Shown here one piece after another: positions 1 through 16,490 of a stretch of 64,000 bases of DNA (position 1 is the first letter of the stretch; the number at the start of each line of letters is the position of its first letter). This DNA comes from Eledone cirrhosa (taxonomy: Eukaryota), in NCBI GenBank assembly GCA_964016885.1, contig OZ024742.1, positions 3,906,001 to 3,970,000 on the forward strand. The letters run 5' to 3'. Under the pieces are notes generated by a model. The model saw nothing but the letters and a program-made list of their open reading frames with translations, did no database searches and was not told where the DNA came from. The position numbers and the translations under genes are program-made.

Positions 1-3000
1 GTCTAAGCACCATCAACTGTCGGACACCATCAACTGTTAGACACCATCAACTGTCGGACACCCTCAACCGTCAGATACCATCAACTGTCAGACACCATCA
101 ACAGTCAGATACCATCAACTGTCAGACACCATCAACCGTCAGACGCCATCAACCGTCAGATACCATCAACTGTCAGACACCATCAACAGTCAGACACCAT
201 CAACTATCAGACACCGTCAATTGTCAGACACCATCAACCGTCAGACACCATCAACCGTCAGATACCATCAACTGTCAGACACTATCAACAGTCAGACACC
301 ATCAACTGTCAGACACCATCAATTGTCAGACACCATCAACCGTCAGACACCATCAACTGTCAGACACCATCAACTGTCGGACACCATCAACCGTCAGACA
401 CCATCAACTGTCAGACACCATCAACTGTCAGACACCATCAACAGTCAGACACCATCAACCGACAGACACCATCAACTGTCAGACACCATCAACTGTCAGA
501 CACCATCAACTGTCAGACACCATCAACCGTCAGACACCATCAACTGTCAGACACCATCAACCGTCAGACACCATCAAACGTCAAACACCATCAACCGTCA
601 GACACCATCAACCGTCAGACACTCTCAACTGTCAGACACCATCAACCGTCAGACACACTCAACTGTCAGACACCATCAACCGTCAGACACCATCAACTGT
701 CAGACACCATCAACTGTCAGACACCATCAACGGTCAGACACCATCAACCGACAGACACCATCAACTGTCAGACACCATCAACCGTCAGACACACTCAACT
801 GTCAGACACCATCAACCGTCAGACACCATCAACCGTCAGACACCATCAAACGTCAGACACCATCAACCGTCAGACACCATCAACTGTCAGACACCATCAA
901 CCGTCAGACACTCTCAACTGTCAGACACCATCAACTGTCAGACACCATCAACTGTCAGACACCATCAACCGTCAGACACCATCAACTGTCAGACACCATC
1001 AACCGTCAGACACCATCAACCGTCAGACACCATCAACCGTCAGACACCATCAACCGTCAGACACCATCAACTGCCAGACACCATCAACCGTCAGACACCA
1101 TCAACTGTCAGACACCATCAACTGTCGAACACCATCAACTGTCAGACACCATCAACTGTCAGACACCATCAACTGTCAGACACCATCAACCGTCAGACAC
1201 CATCAACCGACAGACACCATCAACTGTCAGACCGCATCAACTGTCAGACACCATCAACCGTCAGACACCATCAACCGTCAGACACCATCAACCGTCAGAC
1301 ACCATCAACTGTCAGACACCATCAACTGTCAGACACCATCAACTGTCAGACACCATCAACCGTCAGACACCATCAACTGTGAGACACCATCAACCGTCAG
1401 ACACCATCAACTGTCAGACACCATCAACCGTCAGACACCATCAACCGTCAGACACCATCAACCGTCAGACACCATCAACCGTCAGACACCATCAACTGTC
1501 AGACTCCATCAACTGTCAGACACCATCAATCGTCAGACACCATCAACTGTCAGACACCATCAACCGTCAAGCACCATCACCTGTCAGACACCATCAACCG
1601 TCAGACACCATCAACTGTCAGACACCATCAACTGTCGGACACCATCAACCGTCATACACCATCAACTGTCAGACACCAACAACTGTCAGACACCATCAAC
1701 CGTCAGACACCATCAACCGTCAGACACCATCAACTGTCAGACACCATCAACTGTCAGACTACATCAACTGTCAGACACAATCAACTGTCAGACACCATCA
1801 ACTGCCAGACACCATCAACCGTCAGAAACCATCAACTGTCAGACACCATCAACCGTCAGACACCATCAAATGTCAGACACCATAAACTGTCAGACACCAG
1901 CAACTGTCAGACACCATCAAACGTCAGACATCATCAACCGTCAGACACGATCAACCGTCAGACGCCATCAACTGTCAGACACCATCAACTGTCAGACACC
2001 ATCAACCGTCAAGCACCATCAACTGTCAGACACCATCAACTGTCAGACACCATCAACTGTCAGACACCATCAACCATCAGACACCATCAACTGGCGGACA
2101 CCATCAACCGTCTAAGCACCATCAACTGTCGGACACCATCAACTGTCAGCCACCATCAACTGTCGGACACCATCAACCGTCAGATACCATCAACTGTCAG
2201 ACACCATCAACCGTCAAGCACCATCAACTGTCAGACACCATCAACTGTCAGACACCATCAACTGTCAGACACCATCAACCATCAGACATCATCAACTGTC
2301 GGACACCATCAACCGTCTAAGCACCATCAACTGTCGGACACCATCAACTGTCAGACACCATCAACTGTCGGACACCATCAGCCGTCAGATACCATCAACT
2401 GTCATACACCATCAACAGTCAGATACCATCAACTGTCAGACACCATCAACAGTCAGACACCATTAACTGTCAGACACCATCAATTGTCAGACACCATCAA
2501 CCGTCAGACACCATCAACCGTCAGATACCATCAACTGTCAGACACTATCAACAGTCAGACACCATCAACTGTCAGACACCATCAATTGTCAGACACCATC
2601 AACCGTCAGACACCATCAACCGTCAGATACCATCAACTGTCAGACACCATCAACAGTCAGACACCATCAACTGTCAGACACCATCACTTGTCAGACACCA
2701 TCAACCGTCAGACACCATCAACTGTCAGACACCATCAACTGTCAGACACCATCAACAGTCAGACACCATCAACTGTCAGACACCATCAACTGTCAGACAC
2801 CATCAACCGTCAGACATCATCAACCGTCAGACACCATCAACTGTCAGACACCATCAACTGTCAGACACCATCAACCGTCAGATACCATCAACTGTCAGAC
2901 ACCATCAACAGTCAGACACCATCAACTGTCAGACACCATCAATTGTCAGACACCATCAACCGTCAGACACCATCAACCGTCAGATACCATCAACTGTCAG

Positions 3001-4079
3001 ACACTATCAACAGTCAGACACCATCAACTGTCAGACACCATCAATTGTCAGACACCATCAACCGTCAGACACCATCAACCGTCAGATACCATCAACTGTC
3101 AGACACCATCAACAGTCAGACACCATCAACTGTCAGACACCATCAATTGTCAGACACCATCAACCGTCAGACACCATCAACTGTCAGACACCATCAACTG
3201 TCAGACACCATCAACAGTCAGACATCATCAACTGTCAGACACCATCAACTGTCAGACACCATCAACCGTCAGACATCATCAACCGTCAGACACCATCAAC
3301 TGTCAGACACCTTCAACCGTCAGACACCATCAACTGTCAGACACCATCAACTATCAGACACCATCAACCGTCAGACACCATCAACTGTCAGACACCATCA
3401 ACCGTCAAGCACCATCAACTGTCAGACACCATCAACTGTCAGACACCATCAACTGTCAGACACCATCAACTGTCGGACACCATCAACCGTCAGACACCAT
3501 CAACTGTCAGACACCATCAACTGTCAGACACCATCAACCGTCGGACACCATCAACCGACAGACACCATCAACTGTCAGACCGCATCAACTATCAGACACC
3601 ATCAACCGTCAGACACCATCAACCGTCAGACACCATCAACCGTCAGACACCATCAACCGTCAGACACCATCAACTGTCAGACTCCATCAACTGTCAGACA
3701 CCATCAACCGTCAAGCACCATCAATTGTCAGACACCATCAAACGTCAGACACCATCAACTGTCAGACACCATCAACTGTCGGACACCATCAACCGTCAGA
3801 CACCATCAACTGTCAGACACCATCAACCGTCAGACACCATCAACCGTCAGACACCATCAACTGTCGGACACCATCAACCGTCAGACACCATCAACTGTCA
3901 GACACCAACAACTGTCAGACACCATCAACCGTCAGACACCATCAACCGACAGACACCATCAACTGTCAGACCGCATCAACTGTCAGACACCATCAGCCGT
4001 CAGATACCATCAACCGTCAGACACCATCAACCGTCAGACACCATCAACCGTCAGACAACATCAACTGTCAGATACCATC

Positions 4080-7000
4080 AACTGTCAGACACCATCAACT
4101 GTCAGACAACATCAACCGTCAGACACCATCAACTGTCAGACACCATCAACCGTCAGACACCATCAACTGTCAGAGACCATCAACCGTGAAACACCATCAA
4201 CTGTCAGACACCATAAACTGTCAGACACCATCAACTGTCAGACACCATCAACCGTCAAGCACCATCAACTGTCAGACACCATCAACTGTCAGACACCATC
4301 AACTGTCAGACACCATCAACCATCAGACACCATCAACTGTCGGACACCATCAACCGTCTAAGCACCATCATCTGTCGGACACCATCAACTTTTAGACACC
4401 ATCAACTGTCGGACACCATCAACCGTCAGATACCATCAACTGTCAGACACCATCAACAGTCAGACACCATCAACTGTCAGACACCATCAACCGTCAGACG
4501 CCATCAACCGTCAGACACCATCAACCGTCAGATACCATCAACTATCAGACACCATCAACAGTCAGACACCATCAACTATCAGACACCATCAATTGTCAGA
4601 CACCATCAACCGTCAGACACCATCAACCGTCAGATACCATCAACTGTCAGACACTATCAACAGTCAGACACCATCAACTGTCAGACACCATCAATTGTCA
4701 GACACCATCAACCGTCAGACACCATCAACTGTCAGACACCATCAACTGTCGGACACCATCAACCGTCAGACACCATCAACTGTCAGACACCATCAACTGT
4801 CAGACACCATCAACAGTCAGACACCATCAACCGACAGACACCATCAACTGTCAGACACCATCAACTGTCAGACACCATCAACTGTCAGACACCATCAACC
4901 GTCAGACACCATCAACTGTCAGACACCATCAACCGTCAGACACCATCAACCGTCAGACACCATCAACCGTCAGACACCATCAACCGTCAGACACTCTCAA
5001 CTGTCAGACACCATCAACCGTCAGACACACTCAACTGTCAGACACCATCAACCGTCAAGACCAATCAACTGCCAGACACCATCAACCGTCAGACACCATC
5101 AACTGTCAGACACCATCAACTGTCGGACGCCATCAACTGTCTGACACCATCAACTGTCAGACACCATCAACTGTCAGACACCATCAACCGTCAGACACCA
5201 TCAACCGACAGACACCATCAACTGTCAGACCGCATCAACTGTCAGACACCATCAACCGTCAGACACCATCAACCGTCAGACACCATCAACCGTCAGACAC
5301 CATCAACTGTCAGACACCATCAACTGTCAGACACCATCAACTGTCAGACACCATCAACCGTCAGACACCATCAACTGTGAGACACCATCAACCGTCAGAC
5401 ACCCTCAACTGTCAGACACCATCAACCGTCAGACACCATCAACCGTTCAGACACCATCAACCGTCAGACACCATCAACCGTCAGACACCATCAACTTTCA
5501 GACTCCATCAACTGTCAGACACCATCAATCGTCAGACACCATCAACTGTCAGACACCATCAACCGTCAAGCACCATCAACTGTCAGACACCATCAACCGT
5601 CAGACACCATCAACTGTCAGGCACCATCAACTGTCGGACACCATCAACCGTCAGACACCATCAACTGTCAGACACCAACAACTGTCAGACACCATCAACC
5701 GTCAGACACCATCAACCGACAGACACCATCAACTGTCAGACCGCATCAACTGTCAGACACCATCAACCGTCAGATACCATCAACCGTCAGACACCATCAA
5801 CCGTCAGACACCATCAACTGTCAGACACCATCAACTGTCAGACACCATCAGCTGTCAGACTACATCAACTGTCAGACACCATCAGCCGTCAGACACCATC
5901 AACTGCCAGACACCATCAACCGTCAGAAACCATCAACTGTCAGACACCATCAACCGTCAGACACCATCAACTGTCAGACACCATAAACTGTCAGACACCA
6001 TCAACTGTCAGACACCATCAAACGTCAGACATCATCAACCGTCAGACCTGATCAACCGTCAGACACCATCAACTGTCAGACACCATCAACTGTCAGACAC
6101 CATCAACCGTCAAGCACCATCAACTGTCAGACACCATCAACTGTCAGACACCATCAACTGTCAGACACCATCAACAATCAGATACCATCAACTGTCGGAC
6201 ACCATCAACCGTCTAAGGACCATCAACTGTCGGACACCATCAACTGTCAGACACCATCAACTGTCAGACATCATCAACCGTCAGACACGATCAACCGTCA
6301 GACACCATCAACCGTCAGATACCATCAACTGTCATACACCATCAACAGTCAGACACCATCAACTGTCAGACACCATCAACCGTCCGACGCCATCAACCGT
6401 CAGACATCATCAACCGTCAGATACCATCAACTGTCAGACACCATCAACAGTCAGACACCATCAACTGTCAGACACCATCACTTGTCAGATACCATCAACC
6501 GTCAGACACCATCAACTGTCAGACACCATCAACTGTCAGACACCATCAACAGTCAGACACCATCAACTGTCGGACACCATCAACTGTTAGACACCATCAA
6601 CCGTCAGACATCATCAACCGTCAGACACCATCAACTGTCAGACACCTTAAACCGTCAGACACCATCAACTGTCAGACACCATCAACTGTCAGACACCATC
6701 AACCGTCAGATACCATCAACTGTCAGACACCATCAACAGTCAGACACCATCATCTGTCAGACACCATCAATTGTCAGACACCATCAACCGTCAGACACCA
6801 TCAACCGTCAGATACCATCAACTGTCAGACACTATCAACAGTCAGACACCATCAACTGTCAGACCTCATCACTTGTCAGACACCATCAACCGTCAGACAC
6901 CATCAACCGTCAGATACCATCAACTGTCAGACACCATCAACAGTCAGACACCATCAACTGTCAGACACCATCAATCGTCAGACACCATCAACCGTCAGAC

Positions 7001-10000
7001 ACCATCAACTGTCAGACACCATCAACTGTCAGACACCATCAACAGTCAGACATCATCAACTGTTAGACACCATCAACTGTCAGACACCATCAACCGTCAG
7101 ACATCATCAAACGTCAGACACCATCAACTGTCAGACACCTTCAACCGTCAGACACCATCAACTGTCAGACACCATCAAATATCAGACACCATCAACCGTC
7201 AGACACCATCAACTGTCAGACACCATCAACCGTCAAGCACCATCAACTGTCAGACACCATCAACTGTCAGACACCATCAACTGTCAGACACCATCAACTG
7301 TCGGACACCATCAACCGTCAGACACCATCAACTGTCAGACACCATCAACTGTCAGACACCATCAACTGTCGGACACCATCAACCGTCTAAGCACCATCAA
7401 CTGTCGGACACCATCAACTGTCAGACACCATCAACTGTCGGACACCATCAACCGTCAGATACCATCAACTGTCATACACCATCAACAGTCAGACACCATC
7501 AACTGTCAGACACCATCAACCGTCAGACGCCATCAACCGTCAGACACCATCAACCGTCAGATACCTTCAACTGTCAGACACCATCAACAGTCAGACACCA
7601 TCAACTGTCAGACACCATCAATTGTCAGACACCATCAACCGTCAGACACCATCAACCGTCAGATACCATCAACTGTCAGACACTATCAACAGTCAGACAC
7701 CATCAACTGTCAGACACCATCAATTGTCAGACACCATCAACCGTCAGACACCATCAACCGTCAGATACCATCAACTGTCAGACACCATCAACAGTCAGAC
7801 ACCATCAACTGTCAGACACCATCACTTGTCAGACACCATCAACCGTCAGACACCATCAACTGTCAGACACCATCAACTGTCAGACACCATCAACAGTCAG
7901 ACACCATCAACTGTCAGACACCATCAACTGTCAGACACCATCAACCGTCAGACATCATCAACCGTCAGACACCATCAACTGTCAGACACCTTAAACCGTC
8001 AGACACCATCAACTGTCAGACACCATCAACTGTCAGACACGACCAACCGTCAGATACCATCAACTGTCAGACACCATCAACAGTCAGACACCATCAACTT
8101 TCAGACACCATCATTTGTCAGACACCATCAACCGTCAGACACCATCAACCGTCAGATACCATCAACTGTCAGACACTATCAACAGTCAGACACCATCAAC
8201 TGTCAGACACCATCAATTGTCAGACACCATCAACCGTCAGACACCATCAACCGTCAGATAACATCAACTGTCAGACACCATCAACAGTCAGACACCATCA
8301 ACTGTCAGACACCATCAATTGTCAGACACCATCAACCGTCAGACACCATCAACTGTCAGACACCATCAACTGTCAGACACCATCAACAGTCAGACATCAT
8401 CAACTGTCAGACACCATCAACTGTCAGACACCATCAACCGTCAGACATCATCAACCGTCAGACACCATCAACTGTCAGACACCTTCAACCGTCAGACACC
8501 ATCAACTGTCAGACACCATCAACTATCAGACACCATCAACCGTCAGACACCATCAACTGTCAGACACCATCAACCGTCAAGCACCATCAACTGTCAGACA
8601 CCATCAACTGTCAGACACCATCAACTGTCAGACACCATCAACTGTCGGACACCATCAACCGTCAGACACCATCAACTGTCAGACACCATCAACTGTCAGA
8701 CACCATCAACCGTCGGACACCATCAACCGACAGACACCATCAACTGTCAGACCGCATCAACTATCAGACGCCATCAACCGTCAGACACCATCAACCGTCA
8801 GACACCATCAACTGTCAGACTACATCAACTGTCAGACACCATCAACCGTCAAGCACCATCAACTGTCGGACACCATCAACCGTCAGACACAATCAACTGT
8901 CAGACACCAACAACTGTCAGACACCATCAACCGTCAGACACCATCAACCGACAGACACCATCAACTGTCAGACTGCATCAACTGTCAGACACCATCAACC
9001 GTCAGATACCATCAACCGTCAGACACCATCAACCGTCAGACACCATCAACCGTCAGACAACATCAACTGTCACATACCATCAACTGTCAGACACCATCAA
9101 CTCTCAGACACCATCAACCGTCAGACACCATCAACTGTCAGACACCATCAACCGTCAGACACCATCAACTGTCAGACACCATCAACCGTCAGACACCATC
9201 AACTGTCAGACACCATAAACTGTCAGACACCATCAACTGTCAGACACCATCAACCGTCAAGCACCATCAACTGTCAGACACCATCAACTGTCAGACACCA
9301 TCAACTGTCAGACACCATCAACCATCAGACACCATCAACTGTCGGACACCATCAACCGTCTAAGCACCATCATCTGTCGGACACCATCAACTGTTAGACA
9401 CCATCAACTGTCGGACACCATCAACCGTCAGATACCATCAACTGTCAGACACCATCAACTGTCAGACACCATCAACTGTCAGACACCATCAACCGTCAGA
9501 CACCATCAACCGACAGACACCATCAACTGTCAGACCGCATCAACTGTCAGACACCATCAACCGTCAGACACCATCAACCGTCAGACACCATCAACCGTCA
9601 GACACCATCAACTGCCAGACACCATCAACCGTCAGACGCCATCAACCGTCAGACACCATAAACCGTCAGATACCATCAACTGTCAGACACCATCAACAGT
9701 CAGACACCATCAACTATCAGACACCATCAATTGTCAGACACCATCAACCGTCAGACACCATCAACCGTCAGATACCATCAACTGTCAGACACTATCAACA
9801 GTCAGACACCATCAACTGTCAGACACCATCAATTGTCAGACACCATCAACCGTCAGACACCATCAACTGTCAGACACCATCAACTGTCGGACACCATCAA
9901 CCGTCAGACACCATCAACTGTCAGACACCATCAACTGTCAGACACCATCAACAGTCAGACACCATCAACCGACAGACACCATCAACTGTCAGACACCATC

Positions 10001-13000
10001 AACTGTCAGACACCATCAACTGTCAGACACCATCAACCGTCAGACACCATCAACTGTCAGACACCATCAACCGTCAGACACCATCAACCGTCAGACACCA
10101 TCAACCGTCAGACACCATCAACCGTCAGACACTCTCAACTGTCAGACACCATCAACCGTCAGACACACTCAACTGTCAGACACCATCAACCCTCAAGCAC
10201 CATGAACTGCCAGACACCATCAACCGTCAGACACCATCAACTGTCAGACACCATCAACTGTCGGACGCCATCAACTGTCAGACACCATCAACTGTCAGAC
10301 AACATCAACCGTCAGACACCATCAACTGTCAGACACCATCAACCGTCAGACACCATCAACTGTCAGAGACCATCAACCGTGAAACACCATCAACTGTCAG
10401 ACACCATAAACTGTCAGACACCATCAACTGTCAGACACCATCAACCGTCAAGCACCATCAACTGTCAGACACCATCAACTGTCAGACACCATCAACTGTC
10501 AGACACCATCAACCATCAGACACCATCAACTGTCGGACACCATCAACCGTCTAAGCACCATCATCTGTCGGACACCATCAACTTTTAGACACCATCAACT
10601 GTCGGACACCATCAACCGTCAGATACCATCAACTGTCAGACACCATCAACAGTCAGACACCATCAACTGTCAGACACCATCAACCGTCAGACGCCATCAA
10701 CCGTCAGACACCATCAACCGTCAGATACCATCAACTATCAGACACCATCAACAGTCAGACACCATCAACTATCAGACACCATCAATTGTCAGACACCATC
10801 AACCGTCAGACACCATCAACCGTCAGATACCATCAACTGTCAGACACTATCAACAGTCAGACACCATCAACTGTCAGACACCATCAATTGTCAGACACCA
10901 TCAACCGTCAGACACCATCAACTGTCAGACACCATCAACTGTCGGACACCATCAACCGTCAGACACCATCAACTGTCAGACACCATCAACTGTCAGACAC
11001 CATCAACAGTCAGACACCATCAACCGACAGACACCATCAACTGTCAGACACCATCAACTGTCAGACACCATCAACTGTCAGACACCATCAACCGTCAGAC
11101 ACCATCAACTGTCAGACACCATCAACCGTCAGACACCATCAACCGTCAGACACCATCAACCGTCAGACACCATCAACCGTCAGACACTCTCAACTGTCAG
11201 ACACCATCAACCGTCAGACACACTCAACTGTCAGACACCATCAACCGTCAAGACCAATCAACTGCCAGACACCATCAACCGTCAGACACCATCAACTGTC
11301 AGACACCATCAACTGTCGGACGCCATCAACTGTCTGACACCATCAACTGTCAGACACCATCAACTGTCAGACACCATCAACCGTCAGACACCATCAACCG
11401 ACAGACACCATCAACTGTCAGACCGCATCAACTGTCAGACACCATCAACCGTCAGACACCATCAACCGTCAGACACCATCAACCGTCAGACACCATCAAC
11501 TGTCAGACACCATCAACTGTCAGACACCATCAACTGTCAGACACCATCAACCGTCAGACACCATCAACTGTGAGACACCATCAACCGTCAGACACCCTCA
11601 ACTGTCAGACACCATCAACCGTCAGACACCATCAACCGTTCAGACACCATCAACCGTCAGACACCATCAACCGTCAGACACCATCAACTTTCAGACTCCA
11701 TCAACTGTCAGACACCATCAATCGTCAGACACCATCAACTGTCAGACACCATCAACCGTCAAGCACCATCAACTGTCAGACACCATCAACCGTCAGACAC
11801 CATCAACTGTCAGGCACCATCAACTGTCGGACACCATCAACCGTCAGACACCATCAACTGTCAGACACCAACAACTGTCAGACACCATCAACCGTCAGAC
11901 ACCATCAACCGACAGACACCATCAACTGTCAGACCGCATCAACTGTCAGACACCATCAACCGTCAGATACCATCAACCGTCAGACACCATCAACCGTCAG
12001 ACACCATCAACTGTCAGACACCATCAACTGTCAGACACCATCAGCTGTCAGACTACATCAACTGTCAGACACCATCAGCCGTCAGACACCATCAACTGCC
12101 AGACACCATCAACCGTCAGAAACCATCAACTGTCAGACACCATCAACCGTCAGACACCATCAACTGTCAGACACCATAAACTGTCAGACACCATCAACTG
12201 TCAGACACCATCAAACGTCAGACATCATCAACCGTCAGACCTGATCAACCGTCAGACACCATCAACTGTCAGACACCATCAACTGTCAGACACCATCAAC
12301 CGTCAAGCACCATCAACTGTCAGACACCATCAACTGTCAGACACCATCAACTGTCAGACACCATCAACAATCAGATACCATCAACTGTCGGACACCATCA
12401 ACCGTCTAAGGACCATCAACTGTCGGACACCATCAACTGTCAGACACCATCAACTGTCAGACATCATCAACCGTCAGACACGATCAACCGTCAGACACCA
12501 TCAACCGTCAGATACCATCAACTGTCATACACCATCAACAGTCAGACACCATCAACTGTCAGACACCATCAACCGTCCGACGCCATCAACCGTCAGACAT
12601 CATCAACCGTCAGATACCATCAACTGTCAGACACCATCAACAGTCAGACACCATCAACTGTCAGACACCATCACTTGTCAGATACCATCAACCGTCAGAC
12701 ACCATCAACTGTCAGACACCATCAACTGTCAGACACCATCAACAGTCAGACACCATCAACTGTCGGACACCATCAACTGTTAGACACCATCAACCGTCAG
12801 ACATCATCAACCGTCAGACACCATCAACTGTCAGACACCTTAAACCGTCAGACACCATCAACTGTCAGACACCATCAACTGTCAGACACCATCAACCGTC
12901 AGATACCATCAACTGTCAGACACCATCAACAGTCAGACACCATCATCTGTCAGACACCATCAATTGTCAGACACCATCAACCGTCAGACACCATCAACCG

Positions 13001-16000
13001 TCAGATACCATCAACTGTCAGACACTATCAACAGTCAGACACCATCAACTGTCAGACCTCATCACTTGTCAGACACCATCAACCGTCAGACACCATCAAC
13101 CGTCAGATACCATCAACTGTCAGACACCATCAACAGTCAGACACCATCAACTGTCAGACACCATCAATCGTCAGACACCATCAACCGTCAGACACCATCA
13201 ACTGTCAGACACCATCAACTGTCAGACACCATCAACAGTCAGACATCATCAACTGTCAGACACCATCAACTGTCAGACACCATCAACCGTCAGACATCAT
13301 CAAACGTCAGACACCATCAACTGTCAGACACCTTCAACCGTCAGACACCATCAACTGTCAGACACCATCAAATATCAGACACCATCAACCGTCAGACACC
13401 ATCAACTGTCAGACACCATCAACCGTCAAGCACCATCAACTGTCAGACACCATCAACTGTCAGACACCATCAACTGTCAGACACCATCAACTGTCGGACA
13501 CCATCAACCGTCAGACACCATCAACTGTCAGACACCATCAACTGTCAGACACCATCAACTGTCGGACACCATCAACCGTCTAAGCACCATCAACTGTCGG
13601 ACACCATCAACTGTCAGACACCATCAACTGTCGGACACCATCAACCGTCAGATACCATCAACTGTCATACACCATCAACAGTCAGACACCATCAACTGTC
13701 AGACACCATCAACCGTCAGACGCCATCAACCGTCAGACACCATCAACCGTCAGATACCTTCAACTGTCAGACACCATCAACAGTCAGACACCATCAACTG
13801 TCAGACACCATCAATTGTCAGACACCATCAACCGTCAGACACCATCAACCGTCAGATACCATCAACTGTCAGACACTATCAACAGTCAGACACCATCAAC
13901 TGTCAGACACCATCAATTGTCAGACACCATCAACCGTCAGACACCATCAACCGTCAGATACCATCAACTGTCAGACACCATCAACAGTCAGACACCATCA
14001 ACTGTCAGACACCATCACTTGTCAGACACCATCAACCGTCAGACACCATCAACTGTCAGACACCATCAACTGTCAGACACCATCAACAGTCAGACACCAT
14101 CAACTGTCAGACACCATCAACTGTCAGACACCATCAACCGTCAGACATCATCAACCGTCAGACACCATCAACTGTCAGACACCTTAAACCGTCAGACACC
14201 ATCAACTGTCAGACACCATCAACTGTCAGACACGACCAACCGTCAGATACCATCAACTGTCAGACACCATCAACAGTCAGACACCATCAACTTTCAGACA
14301 CCATCATTTGTCAGACACCATCAACCGTCAGACACCATCAACCGTCAGATACCATCAACTGTCAGACACTATCAACAGTCAGACACCATCAACTGTCAGA
14401 CACCATCAATTGTCAGACACCATCAACCGTCAGACACCATCAACCGTCAGATAACATCAACTGTCAGACACCATCAACAGTCAGACACCATCAACTGTCA
14501 GACACCATCAATTGTCAGACACCATCAACCGTCAGACACCATCAACTGTCAGACACCATCAACTGTCAGACACCATCAACAGTCAGACATCATCAACTGT
14601 CAGACACCATCAACTGTCAGACACCATCAACCGTCAGACATCATCAACCGTCAGACACCATCAACTGTCAGACACCTTCAACCGTCAGACACCATCAACT
14701 GTCAGACACCATCAACTATCAGACACCATCAACCGTCAGACACCATCAACTGTCAGACACCATCAACCGTCAAGCACCATCAACTGTCAGACACCATCAA
14801 CTGTCAGACACCATCAACTGTCAGACACCATCAACTGTCGGACACCATCAACCGTCAGACACCATCAACTGTCAGACACCATCAACTGTCAGACACCATC
14901 AACCGTCGGACACCATCAACCGACAGACACCATCAACTGTCAGACCGCATCAACTATCAGACGCCATCAACCGTCAGACACCATCAACCGTCAGACACCA
15001 TCAACTGTCAGACTACATCAACTGTCAGACACCATCAACCGTCAAGCACCATCAACTGTCGGACACCATCAACCGTCAGACACAATCAACTGTCAGACAC
15101 CAACAACTGTCAGACACCATCAACCGTCAGACACCATCAACCGACAGACACCATCAACTGTCAGACTGCATCAACTGTCAGACACCATCAACCGTCAGAT
15201 ACCATCAACCGTCAGACACCATCAACCGTCAGACACCATCAACCGTCAGACAACATCAACTGTCACATACCATCAACTGTCAGACACCATCAACTCTCAG
15301 ACACCATCAACCGTCAGACACCATCAACTGTCAGACACCATCAACCGTCAGACACCATCAACTGTCAGACACCATCAACCGTCAGACACCATCAACTGTC
15401 AGACACCATAAACTGTCAGACACCATCAACTGTCAGACACCATCAACCGTCAAGCACCATCAACTGTCAGACACCATCAACTGTCAGACACCATCAACTG
15501 TCAGACACCATCAACCATCAGACACCATCAACTGTCGGACACCATCAACCGTCTAAGCACCATCATCTGTCGGACACCATCAACTGTTAGACACCATCAA
15601 CTGTCGGACACCATCAACCGTCAGATACCATCAACTGTCAGACACCATCAACTGTCAGACACCATCAACTGTCAGACACCATCAACCGTCAGACACCATC
15701 AACCGACAGACACCATCAACTGTCAGACCGCATCAACTGTCAGACACCATCAACCGTCAGACACCATCAACCGTCAGACACCATCAACCGTCAGACACCA
15801 TCAACTGCCAGACACCATCAACCGTCAGACGCCATCAACCGTCAGACACCATAAACCGTCAGATACCATCAACTGTCAGACACCATCAACAGTCAGACAC
15901 CATCAACTATCAGACACCATCAATTGTCAGACACCATCAACCGTCAGACACCATCAACCGTCAGATACCATCAACTGTCAGACACTATCAACAGTCAGAC

Positions 16001-16490
16001 ACCATCAACTGTCAGACACCATCAATTGTCAGACACCATCAACCGTCAGACACCATCAACTGTCAGACACCATCAACTGTCGGACACCATCAACCGTCAG
16101 ACACCATCAACTGTCAGACACCATCAACTGTCAGACACCATCAACAGTCAGACACCATCAACCGACAGACACCATCAACTGTCAGACACCATCAACTGTC
16201 AGACACCATCAACTGTCAGACACCATCAACCGTCAGACACCATCAACTGTCAGACACCATCAACCGTCAGACACCATCAACCGTCAGACACCATCAACCG
16301 TCAGACACCATCAACCGTCAGACACTCTCAACTGTCAGACACCATCAACCGTCAGACACACTCAACTGTCAGACACCATCAACCCTCAAGCACCATGAAC
16401 TGCCAGACACCATCAACCGTCAGACACCATCAACTGTCAGACACCATCAACTGTCGGACGCCATCAACTGTCAGACACCATCAACTGTCA
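4080..16490 (+). repeat. Tandem block duplication, period 6193 bp (364 monomers): about 4080-10272 and about 10273-16465
   Basis: Seven ORF start pairs differ by exactly 6193 (4593/10786, 5377/11570, 6482/12675, 6771/12964, 7622/13815, 8319/14512, 9731/15924). Rare variants recur at the same offset (GTGAAACACC 4186/10379, GTCTAAGGAC 6211/12404). 6193 = 364 x 17 + 5, matching five 18-bp monomers per copy. Confidence 0.95.
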
